Shown here piece by piece: positions 14,501 to 29,500 of a stretch of DNA of 64,000 bases. Position 1 is the stretch's first letter. Each line of letters starts with the position of its first letter. A model generated the notes under the pieces. That model was not told the DNA's origin, did no database searches, and worked only from the letters and a program-made list of their open reading frames with translations. The position numbers and the translations under genes were made by a program. The stretch is from Macrostomum lignano (taxonomy: Eukaryota), in assembly GCA_002269645.1 (NCBI GenBank), contig NIVC01000139.1, forward strand, positions 1 to 64,000, in the 5' to 3' direction.

Positions 14501-17500
14501 AGAATGGAGTTCGCAAGGACCAGCGCGAGATGCGCGAATCTTAAAGTTAGAGCGAAACTTAGCCCAGCCTCATAAACGAGGGCGGATAAGCGAGAGTTTA
14601 AGCGCGGAGTTGAGAGAAGGGTTGCCAAACAGAGGCACGAGAGGCCCGTACTTATAGGATAGCGGATCGATTTCAACATACCGTGCAACACCCCATTGCG
14701 CCAGAGTGCTCAAGGCCGCTCTCACTGCGCCCCTCAACCTGGCGTGGTTCAGTTCTATTTTTAGAAACAAGCGCGGAGCCCGCCTGAGAGGCAAGGACGC
14801 TATTCCAAATTTAGAGACTGACACCCAAGATTGCACAAGGCTGCGCAGAGCGACTGGGGCACGTGATCCGCTACTGTACAGGCCGGACAGAGAGAACAAA
14901 TGCAGCCACACGAGAAAGAGGGGGGGGAAGGCCAGACAGACAATGAATCAAGGACAGGCTGAGCGGAGAAGCTCAGACACTGGGAACGCAAACGAACCGG
15001 AAAAAGGGGGGACAAAGGGGAGCGCAGGCAGACAAAAGGACAGCGAGGGACGGAGAGGGAGAGAGGGAGCGGGAGAGGGAGAGAGAGGGAGAGGGAGAGA
15101 GGGAGGGAGAGCTGCGGCCAGCGGCAGCCAACAGCTCAGAAGGGCGCAGGGCACAGCTGACAAAGGGGGCACCTAACACTAAACTAGTGCTCACTTCACC
15201 TTGTTTCCAGTTAGACAACGCGGATGAGCAGGCGGCGCAAATCAGACGTGAACTGGACGGTCGGTTGCAGGCTCTGGACGAAGCCATGATGGCAAGTTGG
15301 GCAGGAGATTTAGACTTGTACCCATCTGGCACAATTACTTATGATTTATTTTTACGTTCTGGAATAAATGAAAGTTTGATTCCAATTTGTAACAATTAAA
15401 ATAAAATATTTTCTAAATCTATTAATCAGTCGACTCCGAAATGACAAAATGACAATGACCCACAGACTCGAAAGTACCCGAGGTTCGCAGTGAAAAACAT
15501 GGAATCACTTTATTATGATGAAGCCACGGCCGCTGTAGCACAGCTCATGAGCAACCTGGAGGCTGTGCCCGTGCATAAAGGCAACTCCGACGCCAGTGAC
15601 CGTCATCCTGGGTTGCCCCATCACCACCAGACCCCACTGACGCTTAAACAAAAATGCAAGCGTCACATTAGGGGCCCTGCTGGTGAACCTGAGGGAGGAT
15701 TTTTGAACTACAGCCGAGCCAGTATACAGTTGAACTTCTGCATTGAGGTAAACCTTTTATATAAGACTATGCAAAAATCTGAGTGGGAAGGCTCGTACAG
15801 ATTTATCTATTCGATTTCTTCTAATTCATTTTAAGCGAGATCGTATATCTTCCATAGTATAGTACATTTTTCACACCAAATATATATTTAACCAAACAAA
15901 TTTGGCTGTACAATAGAGAATAAAAATTAAGCTCACTTAATTTCATGACTACCGGGCCGTTGCTATGAGTCATGGATACTCTTAAATAAGTCCATTAGAA
16001 GTTTAGATGATATGGGGACACTTTTAGAAGCAATTTCGTTGGTTAGTGAATAAGAGCAATGCGGTGGTTCGTTTAAGTTATCAACAGAAATTAGATCAGG
16101 TATTTGAGGTGAGGAGAAGGGTGATTTGCGTCACTGCAGTCACCGCATATTTATAGATATGTGAATGCTTTCCGTAAATTTCTAAAAGGATTGGATGCAT
16201 TTTAACAAAGCGATTAGACAATTATTTATATACGTTACGCAAATACAAGTAGAATATTGGCAGTTAAGTAAACATTAATTATTTACTATTGATTATACAT
16301 ACGTTATGAATAAGCTGCTGACTCGAAGATGTTTCTGGAATGAATGTTTGACTTTTAGAAATATGACGAAAATTCGAGAAGGTTATTTATTAAAGTGCTA
16401 GTGCGCTACAACAGTTTTCCCCACGGAGACAGAGTCCCTAAGTGCGCTACACACTGGCCTCTTTCTTTATATGTTTCTCAACTCTTTCAGAACTCTAGAA
16501 TCCCTAAAGCACCGAGTATAAAAATCATTTCGACGCTTAGTTTCCCAATGTAGAAAATTCTCTGGTCCTAAGAGCAATTAAAATTGTACGCAAAACTTGT
16601 CAAGAACTGTTGAAGTCGGTTGCACAGAAAACAAAACTTAAGCATCCTTAATAGCATTGCATAAATTTTATACATTTACTCAGCAACATTGAAAATAAAA
16701 GATAATAAAAAATAAAACTGATCGGGGTAGCTTTAATCCGTCCAACCCTCGCACAACGCTCGATCCCCCACTTCATTCTTCAACTCAAATCTGCCGCGGC
16801 GTAGCTAAGTTGCGTAATTCGCAGAGATGGAGAGACTTTACTTGCACTCTCAAAAGTGGCGACCACAGACGGAATCTTCTGTGATGGCGACTTTTCGATG
16901 TTGCTGAGTGAGACGTGGATCAAAGTAACAATTGACTTTTCGATTGTTATATAGTGGTTTGCTCTGTATTGCAATGATAATTTTAGGTCGTATGACGAAC
17001 TTTATTCATTCAGCCTAATTAGCTCGTAGCTAAAAGCCTTGCCCCCCAATATGTAGCGCGTGCAGTGCATATATGTACGGTTTCTCCGACCTGCATGTAA
17101 ATTCTACTGTTGAATTTTGCGTTTCTGTATAATATATGTACACCAAAAAACTAAAACTGAACATATTTCCACTCCAATAATATTTTTTTTTCATTGCTGA
17201 TTTTCTCCATCAAAATCTACTCAAATCTCTAAATGTGTAATTAAACACTTGGCTTACTCTTCCTAGGCAGCCACCAGAACCGTGTTTACTTAACGAAAAA
17301 TTTACTATGCTTGAGTATGTTTTGACTTCTGGCTGTGGGGGAATTTTTTCTTGGCTGATTGATAGTAGACCAGAATTACTCAGAAAATCCATAACGTCTA
17401 TCATGTAGCTTATCATGTAGGGTACATAATGATACGAAAAAATCTGTAGAAGATTGAGCAACAGAATCGAAAAACCGCTGTGGCGATGAACGCTCAGTTT

Positions 17501-20500
17501 TGCAAAAAGTACATTAAGAGCGGAAAGTAGCAGACGAGTTCACTATGAGAAGCATGATCTAGCATGTTTGATGATTGCAAATGGCTCGGGCGGGAGTGAG
17601 TGCCTCCGGCTCTGCTAAGCGAGTGGGACTGTGTAAAGCGGGCAGAGAAAATCCAATGCAATTTTCTGACCTTCAGCCCAGAAAATTTTATATCACAGAG
17701 AGGCTTAAAAAATGTGCAGCGCTTGAAACTGGGTGCTTTTCTGAGCTAAACCGAGCTTTGCACGGCTTTCGTGCGATAGAGTCGTCTAGCTGTTATTTTT
17801 ATTGACAAACTTTACTTATACTCATACGCAGTATCTCGGCTTGAATTTTCCTAGCAGGAGTAACTGTATGTTTACAATTTTTGTATTTTTGTCCCAGTAG
17901 AGACGAGATGGTTCTTTATGAATCCGTTGCTTTTTAACCTACCGTTTTGACTTTGGGCTCAGTGTCAATATTGCTACGGTTACAGAAGGGTGTGATTTAA
18001 AGAGATTCTAGTATAGTACTGGCTGAAATTAATGTTAAAAGAATTGTGAAGAGAAAGGATTCCATCCAAGTGGCATTACGGCTTATTAATCTTGGTGCTT
18101 GGAGTGTTGATTCTCGCTATAAAGTAATCTGAAACATATTTAGCTCATATGTGGCTCGAGAAACGAGGAACGAGGAACCTCAGTTTCTGAAATCAATCAC
18201 CAATTCCATTTAACCTATTAGAGTTGTATAATAATAAATTGTTATTATTTATCTATTTATTTACTATTGCGCTAATAAATGTCCTAATATCTATCCAAAC
18301 TATCAAACCAATTTTATCCAACCGTCTTGCGTCATAAAAAAATCGAAAAATACTCCTTTGGCAGGTAGTAGTGTGCGAGGTGCGCAACTTAAAGTGCGTC
18401 CCTGGAAACCGCATTGTATACTGCACTATGGAACTGGATGGCAGCGAGAAGTTTCAGACGGATCAAGCAGAAGCCTCGCGGGCTATGTGGGATACTCAAG
18501 CGGATTTTACCACGTCTCAGCCTCTGCCCACCATCAAAGTGAAGCTCTTCGCCGAGAGCTCACGGATGCTGAGCCTGGAGGACAAAGAACTGGGCAAGGT
18601 TAGACTTTACTAATACTAAATTAGATGTACTATAGAATTTTTCGGTCTAGTTGGGAGTTCGAGCTTTTAAATTGGACAAAAATGGAGCTAGCCTCCCATC
18701 AACAAGCTATCTTGAGATGCGGCCGATGTCAATGACTTATGAAATGCATACCCAGAGACCTCTTAATCACTCGGGACAGGAACCTCTGAAGTCTTAAGTT
18801 GCTACGGAGCCTCCATTTCGCAGTGATCGTCATCTCACTAGGCGATGCAGCTGTAAATATAAAATTCGTCCTCTGTCCATCTTTTCCATCTGTTTTTCTG
18901 CGCACGTGTGAGGTGCAGTTTCAGCATATTAAATTTGTTATAGATTTTTTACCTTGGAAGCTGGAAAAACAGTGAGGCTTTGATGTGCAGGGCTTCGAAT
19001 ATATACTCAGCAACATCGAAAAGTCACCATCACAGAAGATTCCGTCTGTGGTAACCAATTTTGAGAATGCTGGTAAAGTCTCTCAGTCTTTGCGAGTGAC
19101 GCAGGAAAGCTTCATCTAAGGAAGGCGCAGAGGCGCAGAACTGTGCCTTTTTTGTGCTTTGAGTTGAGACCATAGAATTAGATGAACACGTGCATTCACC
19201 TGTTCTAATTGATGTCCGCGCCATAGACCTGAGCTACATTTTAAGATAAGATAGGAAGCTCTATGTCAAATTTAAAAGCCCGCAATCTGCAGTCCTAACT
19301 AGACTGTGTTTCTATGTGCTGTATTTCGTCTTATAATTTCGTTGTTCGATTTACGAAGATCTTTGTGTTATAGATTTGAATTTTGAATTTAACTTTTCAT
19401 GCGCTTGTATTATTTCTGCCTTTTTTCAGGTAGTTATAAAGCCTACCTGCACAAAAGCAAATGGTTGCGAATGGCACAAAATGACAACAAGCAAAGACTG
19501 TTCGGACGATTTGAGCATAAAAATTATAGTGCACATGGAGAAACCCTCGAATTTAAAACACTGTGGCTGGTTATGGGTTGCTGGCAGACATCTTTTTAAA
19601 AAGTGGAAAAAGCGCTACATCTGCCTTATTCAGGTTTTCATTTCTTATTCTTTGTTTGCAATTTTTGCGTCGAAAAGACGCTGGTTGCTAATGAACTTTA
19701 CTATCTTAATCTGTCTTCCTCAGGTTAGCCAGTACAACTTTGTTATGGCCTCATTTCACGAACGAAAGTCCGAGCCACAAGAAGTCATGTCTCTGAATGA
19801 TTGCACCGTCGACTATCTTTTCGAGACACCGCCTGAGCTGCTGTCTTCCACATCAACCGCTGTTCACTACTTCTTTAGCACCGTCCGCGAGGGCGATTCC
19901 GTGACGTACGCTGCGGAAGACGAGACCAGCCGTCAGCTGTGGGTTCAGGCCATCTACCGGGCTACCGGCCAGGCCCACAAACCTCAGCCGCCTCAGGCTG
20001 CTGTTCAAACGGTCAATGCGACTACCGCTGCCGCTTCTGTTGTCCAGGCTCCGTCCTCATCCTCGCTGACCTCGGCAATGTCAGCCACTCGACGGACTGT
20101 GTTGGACGATCTTGTTTATGCAGATCCACGCCGGCTCGACCACGCTGCCCTTTTTCGCAGGCTTCAGTGCCTCACGTTGGAACATCGGCTATCAGATCCT
20201 TACTGCAGCCTGGGTTGGCTCAGTCCTGGCCAGCTCTTTGTGCTTGATGAGTACTGCGCCAGATACGGCGTGCGCGGCTTCCTCAGACACATTTACTATC
20301 TGGAAAACTTACTCGATGCACAAGAAGCTCGCAACTTGACCATAGACCCGACTCTTATGCACTACAGCTTTGCCTTTTGTGCTTCCCACGTACATGGAAA
20401 CAGGCAAGTTCACATCTTTATCAGGACGTAGATTCTTGGAACGCTTCTCTATCTATGCTTACATTTATTTATGCACTTCTTAATCTGCTACCCTCTGATA

Positions 20501-23500
20501 TTTGGATACGTTCACATCTCAGTTTGCATCAATATGAACCTAAAGACACTTGACTGTGTACCTGCAGACCAGATGGCATTGGTACGGTGCTGCAAGAGGA
20601 GCGCGCTCTCTTTGATAGAGTGAAATTGCGGCTGAGGCAGCTGCTAATGCGGCAACTCACTGAGTTCCGTTTCTACTTTCCTTTCGGCCGTCCTGAGGGC
20701 GCACTGAAGGGCACCCTTTCCCTACTGGAGCGGGTAAGGTCTCATTTCAAAAAAAGCTGTGTCAGCTGTATTTTTACTTTAGTTTTGTGCTCAACCATTA
20801 GTGCTCGATTCATTAGTTGGATTGAATGGGTCTTTGCTTTAGCAGCAAAGCTCATAAATCGTTTAAAGCTCATAAATTTGAGCTGCACCTCCCTTGCATG
20901 CCATGTAGCCTGAATTTTAGGTACTAGTTTGAAATACTCGTATAGCTCAAAGCAAGAGTTTTTCAAGTCTCAAGTAGCAGCGCGCTGTTATTAATAAATA
21001 GGTTTTGCTTAAGTATCTTTGTAGGCTTATATAGGCTTACTTATCTAGTTTTTTAACCTACTGTTGTCCGAAATTATTATACTACTGAGCTGCACTGACT
21101 CGACAAGCGTACATGGCCGGCCAAGCTTACATTCACTATGCAACCTATCTTTGTAATTTATTGTATATTTGTGGTGCCGGAGTGCTGAGCTCAAGGCACT
21201 GCAGTGACTAACTATCTAACCGATATTACGTGCACCGGCAACATGCACACTATCCTCTTCTGAACTCTTCGCCCTGTCTGGCAGTATCATTAAATAGGCT
21301 GTTTGCTAAGTGAAACAGATCTAAGAATTTTGTCAAACGCACGGCACGACAATATTATTAGTCTTTTTGTCACAAACGCCAAGCGTCAGCCTTACAATTA
21401 ACTTGGTACAGCAATAGAACTGAAAAAAACAGTCTCGGTAGGACGCCATATAAACAGCAAGATTTTGAAGTAGCTAAAAATGCTCGTGAATCAAGCTGCA
21501 CGAGTTCTTACTGAACCCACAAAAGAAATTGTACAGACTGTGCAATCTCATCACTGATTTTGCCCATGTTCTTTGTTTGCGGTCACCCTGCTCGTCTGGA
21601 GCCGTTTCATGGCTAGTGTCGCTAGCTTCAGCTTTCCAGTTCATATTGTTGCTGATTTGTAGGCTAGAGAGCGATGGTGATCTTTATCAGACATGAGAGT
21701 ATTAATTTGAATCCTCCAAAGAGGTTTCAAAGTCTTTGCTCACCAGTCACACTGGGTAGCAGCAGTTGTCTTAAGTGTAGCGCTCATGCCACTCTCGATT
21801 AAGTCGACTGCTCCTAAGCTCAAACTGGCTGCAAAAGCTAAAATATCATTGATAAAAACCAGCAGTTTTGACTTCAGTATGTACTCGTAATTACTGGACT
21901 GACCAGAAAAGGAACAAAATGCAGAACAGGAGTGCAGATGGAACGAAATCAAACTACTTTTCCTGCCGGACAATTTTTTTACTTTTGTAACTTTGCATTT
22001 TTTCGCTAAAAGTACGTGAGAATAAAATAAAAAAATTAGGCGAGCTAGAGACCGAGAGGACAAGCCTGTGAAGCAAGAAACACACATATTAGAGCGCCAT
22101 CTAAAGCGCACTAACCACCCACACCACTGCCAACCCCTGCCCTTAAGCAAAACAGAGGCAGACCATGGCAGGCAATCCCTGCCGCCACTAACAACGATTG
22201 ACTGATAAATCTAAACTACAATAAAATAGACTTAAAATAGTGCTTACAAGTGTGTACTCAAAGAAATTCAATAAATCTTATCCCCTTCTGCTCTTCTCCC
22301 AGGTACTAATGAAAGACATCGTGACTCCAGTGGACGCAGCTGAAGTTCGCAAGGCGGTACAAAGCTGCCTTGAGGAGGCAGCCTACGTAAACTATTGCAG
22401 AATTGCAGATTTCGCGAATATCGAAGGTGCTGAAAATTTATACAATTGATCCTACTTTAAAAAGACTCTGATAATAGTACGAGCTAATATTGGCGTATCA
22501 TGTATTTCTTGAATTAATGCCACCTGATTTGCGTCGTCTGAGTTCATGTTAGCGGCAATTGCAGTTTGAGATAGGGTTTTAAGCCACGGGAATGATATTT
22601 AATTTACTGAACTTATTGATAAGATCACTAACATTGTTCAGTTCATTCCTGGGTTGTTATTTTACTGAAAACATAGCTGCAGTTTTGTAACTAGGGTTTG
22701 AATTTTTGTTGCAAAATAAGATGTGGTTGAAAATTGCGTATGCCTAAATTGCTTATGCATCTGTTCCTGTCTAGGAAAGTCTAAGACTAAGACTAAGGAC
22801 TAAACAAGTACAATTGCAACGTGTAATATTAAAAAACCTAAAGGCTAAGGAAGGCTAAGGAAAAATAAACGAATGATAATTTACTAACTCAGAAAGAACC
22901 TGGTAGAGTTGCTCGCTTAATAAATAGGAATAGAATAAATGAGAGAACAAACATTAACTTGTTACTTGATTTTATTTTATTTTACGGCCAGTGCATTTCG
23001 ACCCTTATAGGTCATCGTCCGGGCAGTAATGAAAATTGAATAAGCAGCTGAATAAATATACATGTATTTAGTTGAATAAATACTATAACTTAAGTGTACG
23101 TAGTTCTCAGTCGAAACAAGTTCAAACAGGGGAGAGAGAGCAAACGGTGCAGTAGCGTACACTCCAAGCTAAAACACGCTGAGTTGGCGGCTTGGCACCC
23201 CCATAGCTAGCTGGCAGTTTAGGCTAGGGTTCTGATCTTTGATGTACATAGCCTCTAAGATGCTCAAAGTGCATGGCGGTAGGAATCAATAATCTTAAAT
23301 AAATCAATAGGTTTGCTGTTCGCATGTGAGAAGGTGCTCCTGTACGGCAGATATTTTGGTCCAGTGCTCCTTGACCCTGGTATACAAGTGTCGCTTAGTT
23401 TTTCCGATGTACGAAATACGAAATACGAAATACGAAGTACGAAATAAAAAATGGTCGCCAGAGCAATGAAACTTGTAAACTTATAAACGACACTTGCATT

Positions 23501-26500
23501 AAGAGGTCGAGGCACACGGGACTTCAAGTTGCAGACATACTGGGACACCTTCTTCATGCGAAAAATGATCCTAAGCTGAACGTTGAGGCTTTTTTGAACA
23601 GTTTTTCAACTTTTTTCTTGAACTCAATAGAGCACAGGCCAAAAAAACGGAAACACAATCGTAGGGCTGTTAGTTTCGTTAGCTTTATCCTCCTGAGTGC
23701 TCTGTTGATTAGTCAGCTTGTTATTTAAAACTGGTTCACAATGCGCGACACGTAGTTCCTGGGGTAGCCATTCCCAATGAGATGGCCAGTAAGCTGTTCC
23801 ACCTCATTATGATACAGTTTCCAGGAGCGACAGATCCAGAAAGCTCTATACAGAAAGCAGCGAATCAAGCCATTCGTCCATTGCCACGGGCAAAGGGCAT
23901 CGAATCTCAGCATAAGACCGGTGAAGCTGGGCTTCCTAAAGACTTTAGTTTCGATCAGTTCATTGCTGACACCAATCTCCATGTCAAGAAATGAGAGTCT
24001 AGTTCCTCCACCTTCGGTCGTGAATTTAATATTAGGATGAGTATGATTGATAGCATGGAAAAATTCTTCGTTTTTCTTATCATCCTCGAAGATGGCGAAA
24101 GTGCCATCCACGTAGCGTCTGTAAAACCGAGGCGCACACAGGAGGGCCATCCAGTCTTTTTCCCAATGGGCCATGCAAAGATTAGCCAGGGTGGGGGCTA
24201 TAGGGCTGCCCATGGCACAACCATCAATTTGCTTGTAGTACCTATCCCCGAACAAAAAGATACCAGAGGTGGAAAACCCGAGCATCTTTTTAAGGACGGT
24301 CTTCGGAAAAGGCGGATGATCAGGGTGCTCGTAAACCAGGTCAGTAGCCAAATAAATCGCAAACTTCAGCGGGATATTGGTAAACAGAGACACGACATCA
24401 AAACTGAAAAGTCTGTCAGCAGAACCACTGCTAAACTGCAAAGGGTCGAAATGCATTGGCCATAAAATAAAATGAAATCAAGTAACAAGTTAATGTTTGT
24501 TTTCTCATTCAGAAAGAACCAGTTGCAGAATTTGCACATGGTTTGAAAATCTTTAATTTTTTGTTGAAATTACAACGGCCATTAAAAACCGGCCCAGTTT
24601 ACAACCGAAATTCAAGATTTAGGTAAATTATTCCAACATTCAAGTTAGGATTAGTGTTAGGGCAGAGCGAGCATCAGCCTACTCCTTTGAATTCGCTGAT
24701 GCATCGAATTCACTCTGCAGAGATGGTGCAGTCCAACTGGCCTACCGACCGCAAGATGGAGTGCATTGTTCACGTGGCGGAGATGTGCATAGAAGTCCTG
24801 CAACAAAATGAGGAGCACCACGCGGAGGTAAATGCCACCCATTTCTTGATGTAAAATTTGATCATAGCTCATCGCCTCGTACTTCGCGCTGACATTATTG
24901 TTTCGACATTACTGTCTTAGGAATTTTCGGATCCGGGATAGGAGATATGACAATAGAATCTATAGTTTTTACTTTACTTTTGAACCCGATTTTAAGCTGA
25001 GCACGTCTGTTTTCTGAATCGGCCTATTGACTAGTATATTAATCTATCAGTTAATTAAACGCTGATTGCCGATTCAGATGGAACGTCAAAGAGAATTGAC
25101 ATTGGTTATGTTTCTCTGAAAATTCACGTCAGAGACAGATAAGAGTTATAAAAAACCAATACTATACATTTTGAACTGCTACCCTCTGACACAACTTTCA
25201 CTGGTTTTAATTGCAACATCTAAAAACTCGAGTATTTGCTGCTTACGCTTATTCTACAGTTACATGTGGCTATTCTTTTTTATTGCATGGCATAAAATGG
25301 GGTATTATGCGATAGAAGCACTATTTACGAGGGGTGTCCAAAAAGTAGTGGGAATTTTCAACCTAACTCATAGTTGGATTCAGATAGATACATGGCGCTG
25401 ACGTTAAATGAAATCGGCTTTATCTATCAGGGACATACTTTCTAGATTTCGTAAATATCTACCGGCATTCAGAAGTTATGTCCAATCTTGTACCGTGCCC
25501 TTGGGCCCCTGGGAAGCTTACAGAAAATGACTTTATCTTCTATCAAGTCATTTTCTGTAAGCTTCCCATGCTCCACCATGCTCCGATGCTCCATCCACCA
25601 TGAAAATGCCCGACCACACACGGCTTCAAGGACAACGCATCAACGCATGAAATTTGAACTCCTGCCTCACCCACTACTTGCCTGACTTGGCGCCAGCAGA
25701 TTTTTGTCTTTTTCCGAGGCTGAAGGAGCTGTTAAGAGGCAAGGTCTACGTCAATCGTCACTGCCTTGAAAAAGAGATTCGGCGCCTCCTTGTTTATGCG
25801 ATTCCCAAGGAGCAGTACGCACATACCATTGATTCACTGCTCATTCGCAGGGATAAATGCGTCAACTGCAACGGTGACTACGTGGATAAGCTTTCCATCC
25901 CTAACGACAAGAATATTTGAGTGTGACTTTGCTTGACTTCTGTTGAGAAAGTTATGTCAAGAAAAACTTCAATGGATATGCCAAGGACAACTGAAGTTAC
26001 GTTATATATCTACGTTACGTTGTTACGTTACGTTACGTTAAGAACAAAATTCTGGACCTAACACCGAAAGAATTAGCTTTTTACGTGCAACTAGTCGAAA
26101 ATTACATATATGGGAAGACCAGGCCTCCAATAAAAATTACACGATACGCGAGTGTTGCGTCCTACTACTTCAGTTGTCCTTGAGATATGCTCTTACAGAT
26201 TATCATTTTATGTTTTTTTCGGAATATACCTGTTTTTTAGTTTCTCTAAGTTACACCCATGGGCACGGTACTAGATTGGACATAGCTTCTGAATGCCGTT
26301 AAATATTTGCAAAATTCAGAAAGTATGTCCCTGATAGATAAAGCCGCTTTCATTTGACGTCAGCGCCATATATCTATCTGAATCTGTGTTTGAATCCGAA
26401 TCTGAATCTATCTGAAACTAGGTTGAAAATTCCCACTACTTTTTGGGCACCCCTCATATATAGCATTTTAACGCCAAATTTATTGCATTGGTTTTTATTC

Positions 26501-29500
26501 ATATTGACCACTGATTCCATAGCATGTTGTGTATGTAGCACTTATCCTTAGCTAAACCATACTTTCTGCTGAAAGCTGTTTATCTGAGAGTTTTAATATG
26601 CAACTTGTTTTCTTTGATTCAGGCCTTTGCTTGGTTTTCCGATCTACTAGTTGAACACGCCGAAATATTCTGGTCCATGTTCGCAGTGGACATGCAAACC
26701 GTACTGGAGAGCCAGCCCCCTGATGTGTGGGACTCCTTCCCACTCTTCCAGCTGCTCAATGACTACCTCCGTTGTGACGGTTCGTGCATATTATGCTGCG
26801 CTTCTAATTTTTAAATTTTAACTATGCATTCTAGTTCTATGCATTCATGTGTGCTCTGCATGTTAACAGTAGGAATCGCAGACATTAGTATTCCAATGGA
26901 GGGCGATCCTATCAATTTTCTGACCTTCCTGTTCGATACATGAATAAACAACGTCTTTCTGTCGTTTTCTGCAAGTACTGTGTGCATTATACTCGGCAAT
27001 TTTAGGTTACAAGAACCTATTACCGCCCAGATATTGACCTCCGAGCGAATTGACCTGACTGTTGATCAATTTCACAAAAACTATAAGGATTATGTGAATC
27101 GGATTGCATCACGGGGTTCCCATTTAGTGTCTATCCAAACCAGAGCTTCTCTTTCGTTTACAAGGCATCAAAATATCATGCGTATAAAATCCAATGGACT
27201 TATTACAGTCTTAGTTTCATTCTAGAAAAAAAACTGCCATGCAACTTTCGTGCCTTTAAATGTTTTACTCTTGTAGCTTTCCGTTCAAGCGCTACAAGAA
27301 AAGTTCAATAGGCGTACAATTATTCCTTAAGCACTTCTGCTTAAAATTTTCCCTACCTATAGTATCGCTTGCTGTTGTGATATCAAGTTCAGTTCTGCTT
27401 CCAAGTTCAAACTGTACATCTGCCAATTTCACAGCAAACCTACGGCATGGAAAATTTCACAAGCAACTGCAAGAGACATTTGCACCTCAAGTAGTTCGAT
27501 ATGTGGACCTGATGGAGTCGTCCATCGGGCAGTCTATTCACAAGGGATTCGAGCGGGAGACTTGGACGCCCAACGGCGGTGGCTGCGCTACTAGCAGCAA
27601 CCTACTGTGGAAGCTGGAAGCGCTGCAATCATTTATCGCTGATCTGCACTGGCCAGAGCCAGTTTTTGCTGAACACCTGGACAGCCGGCTTAAATCGATG
27701 GCCGCCGACATGTTAGAGGCCGCTGGCAGGAGAACCGCCACTGCCTTCGATACCGAACTGAAACGGGGAAGTAGTTGGGTTGACTTTTTGCTGTCTGTTG
27801 AGCTATGCGTCATGTTCAACACCTGTGTGGAGCTGAAGTCCAAGGTGTTCAGCCTCTGTTCCATGTCTTCTGGCGAGACTATGGTGAGACGCAAGGGCTA
27901 CTCAGAGCTTCAAAGATTCAATATTGATATGAATTCAATACCTACTTTAAATTATTTTTATTTTTTTGGCAAAAGAAGTCCATCTTCTTTCAAATCTTCT
28001 TTCGATTTCCCTCTGGTCCCACTGCAGCACGAGTACCACGCGAGGACGGGCGAGTTCCTGGAGGGCCTGCAGTCCCGACTAGTAAACAGCATTGTTGATC
28101 ATTTCTGCGGCGTATTCGAGATGGTGCTGGCCCGACTGGCACGCTACGATGAAGGCGCGATGTTTTCAACACTTTTTTCTATCGCCAAGCCAACAGATGA
28201 GATCGGGAAGGAGTATGTGGACTTCTGTCAGGCTAACATCGAGCAGGTCCGGCGCCATGTCTACGATGAGTTGCTGGTGCTCAGTCTGTTTGAAGTAAGC
28301 TTCAACAGTTTCAAAAGCAACTGTTTTTTGTAGTGAAATTATTGTTTGCCTTTTACTAGAGCTTTGTTTTTCTACTTCTCAGGCTTTGTATGATATGAAT
28401 AAGTCTGCTAAAATATAGAAATCACATTATGGGTGATCAGGGAGTACACGTTAGAATCAATGACTTCATTCTCTCATGTGTTCTTTTATTAAATACTAGT
28501 TGACTCCTTAAATCTGCCGCCTTTAAAAAATTGCCCTTAAATCAACTAGCTATTAGGGGATCCCCCGACAACTTTTTTGCTGCACCAGAACAAAGCAACG
28601 CAGGAACATGAAATGCAAAACCACTGGCTATTTTTTTATTGCGCACCTTCTCAAACAAGAATCAAGTCACAAGCCCTCCGTACCATTAAGATATTCAACG
28701 ATTTCTCCAGAAGGTCGGATTTTACCATAAGCGCTAGTGTTTTCAATGCACCCTTATTTGCCAATCAGCATTGCGCCTCAGTGCAGCTTTTCCAAGCCTC
28801 CAAATTTCATCAGGACGTCAACCACATGTGCTCGTATCAGCTGTATATTTGTTGGTCACTGGCCTTTCACCAAAGCGGAGCTTTTGGACCTTAGGTATCC
28901 AACAAAATAGTTTGATATCTTCACGGTCCTGAGGGCTGCCGACTTGATTACTTGAATTTAGCGTTCCTGCGTTGCTTTGTTCGCTGCTCAAAAATTGTCA
29001 GAGGATTCCCCCTTGGTAATTCAAACTGCGAAAAATGGCTTCATATTTCTACTGTCAATACGTCAAAATTTTATTTTCATAAACTTTAAGTTCTGAAACT
29101 CGAATTTGGTAACCAATGCTGCAGACAGTCTCTCCTGCTTAAGCGGAATCTCCCTGCACAAAGTGAGTTTTACATGCGATCTTAAACCTGCAGATCTGGT
29201 ACAGCCGTCAATTCCGCTTGCTGCAAGACTGGCTGGTGAAGGAACGAGCCTCAGACTCCCTGCATCCTTATCAGATCACCTGCCTCAGCTTCATCATCAA
29301 GAAGCTGCATAGTGACTTTGAGTTGCAGGGCATCACCAGAGATGTATTGGAGACTACCTGCTTTGCGGCAGTAAATTCCCGCATTCAGGTTGGTAAAAGT
29401 TGTAAAAATGTGTAAAAATGCCTTAAAAATAATTTGTTTTTTGGTTGTGTGCTAAATAATTGTCGCATTCATTCACTTTTAATGATATAACTTGGAGATG

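Noticed and set aside
14706-15176. 156-aa G/R/E-rich ORF and overlapping antisense ORFs
   Set aside because: Driven by a GA-rich low-complexity tract inside CAPS intron 2; no recognisable motifs.
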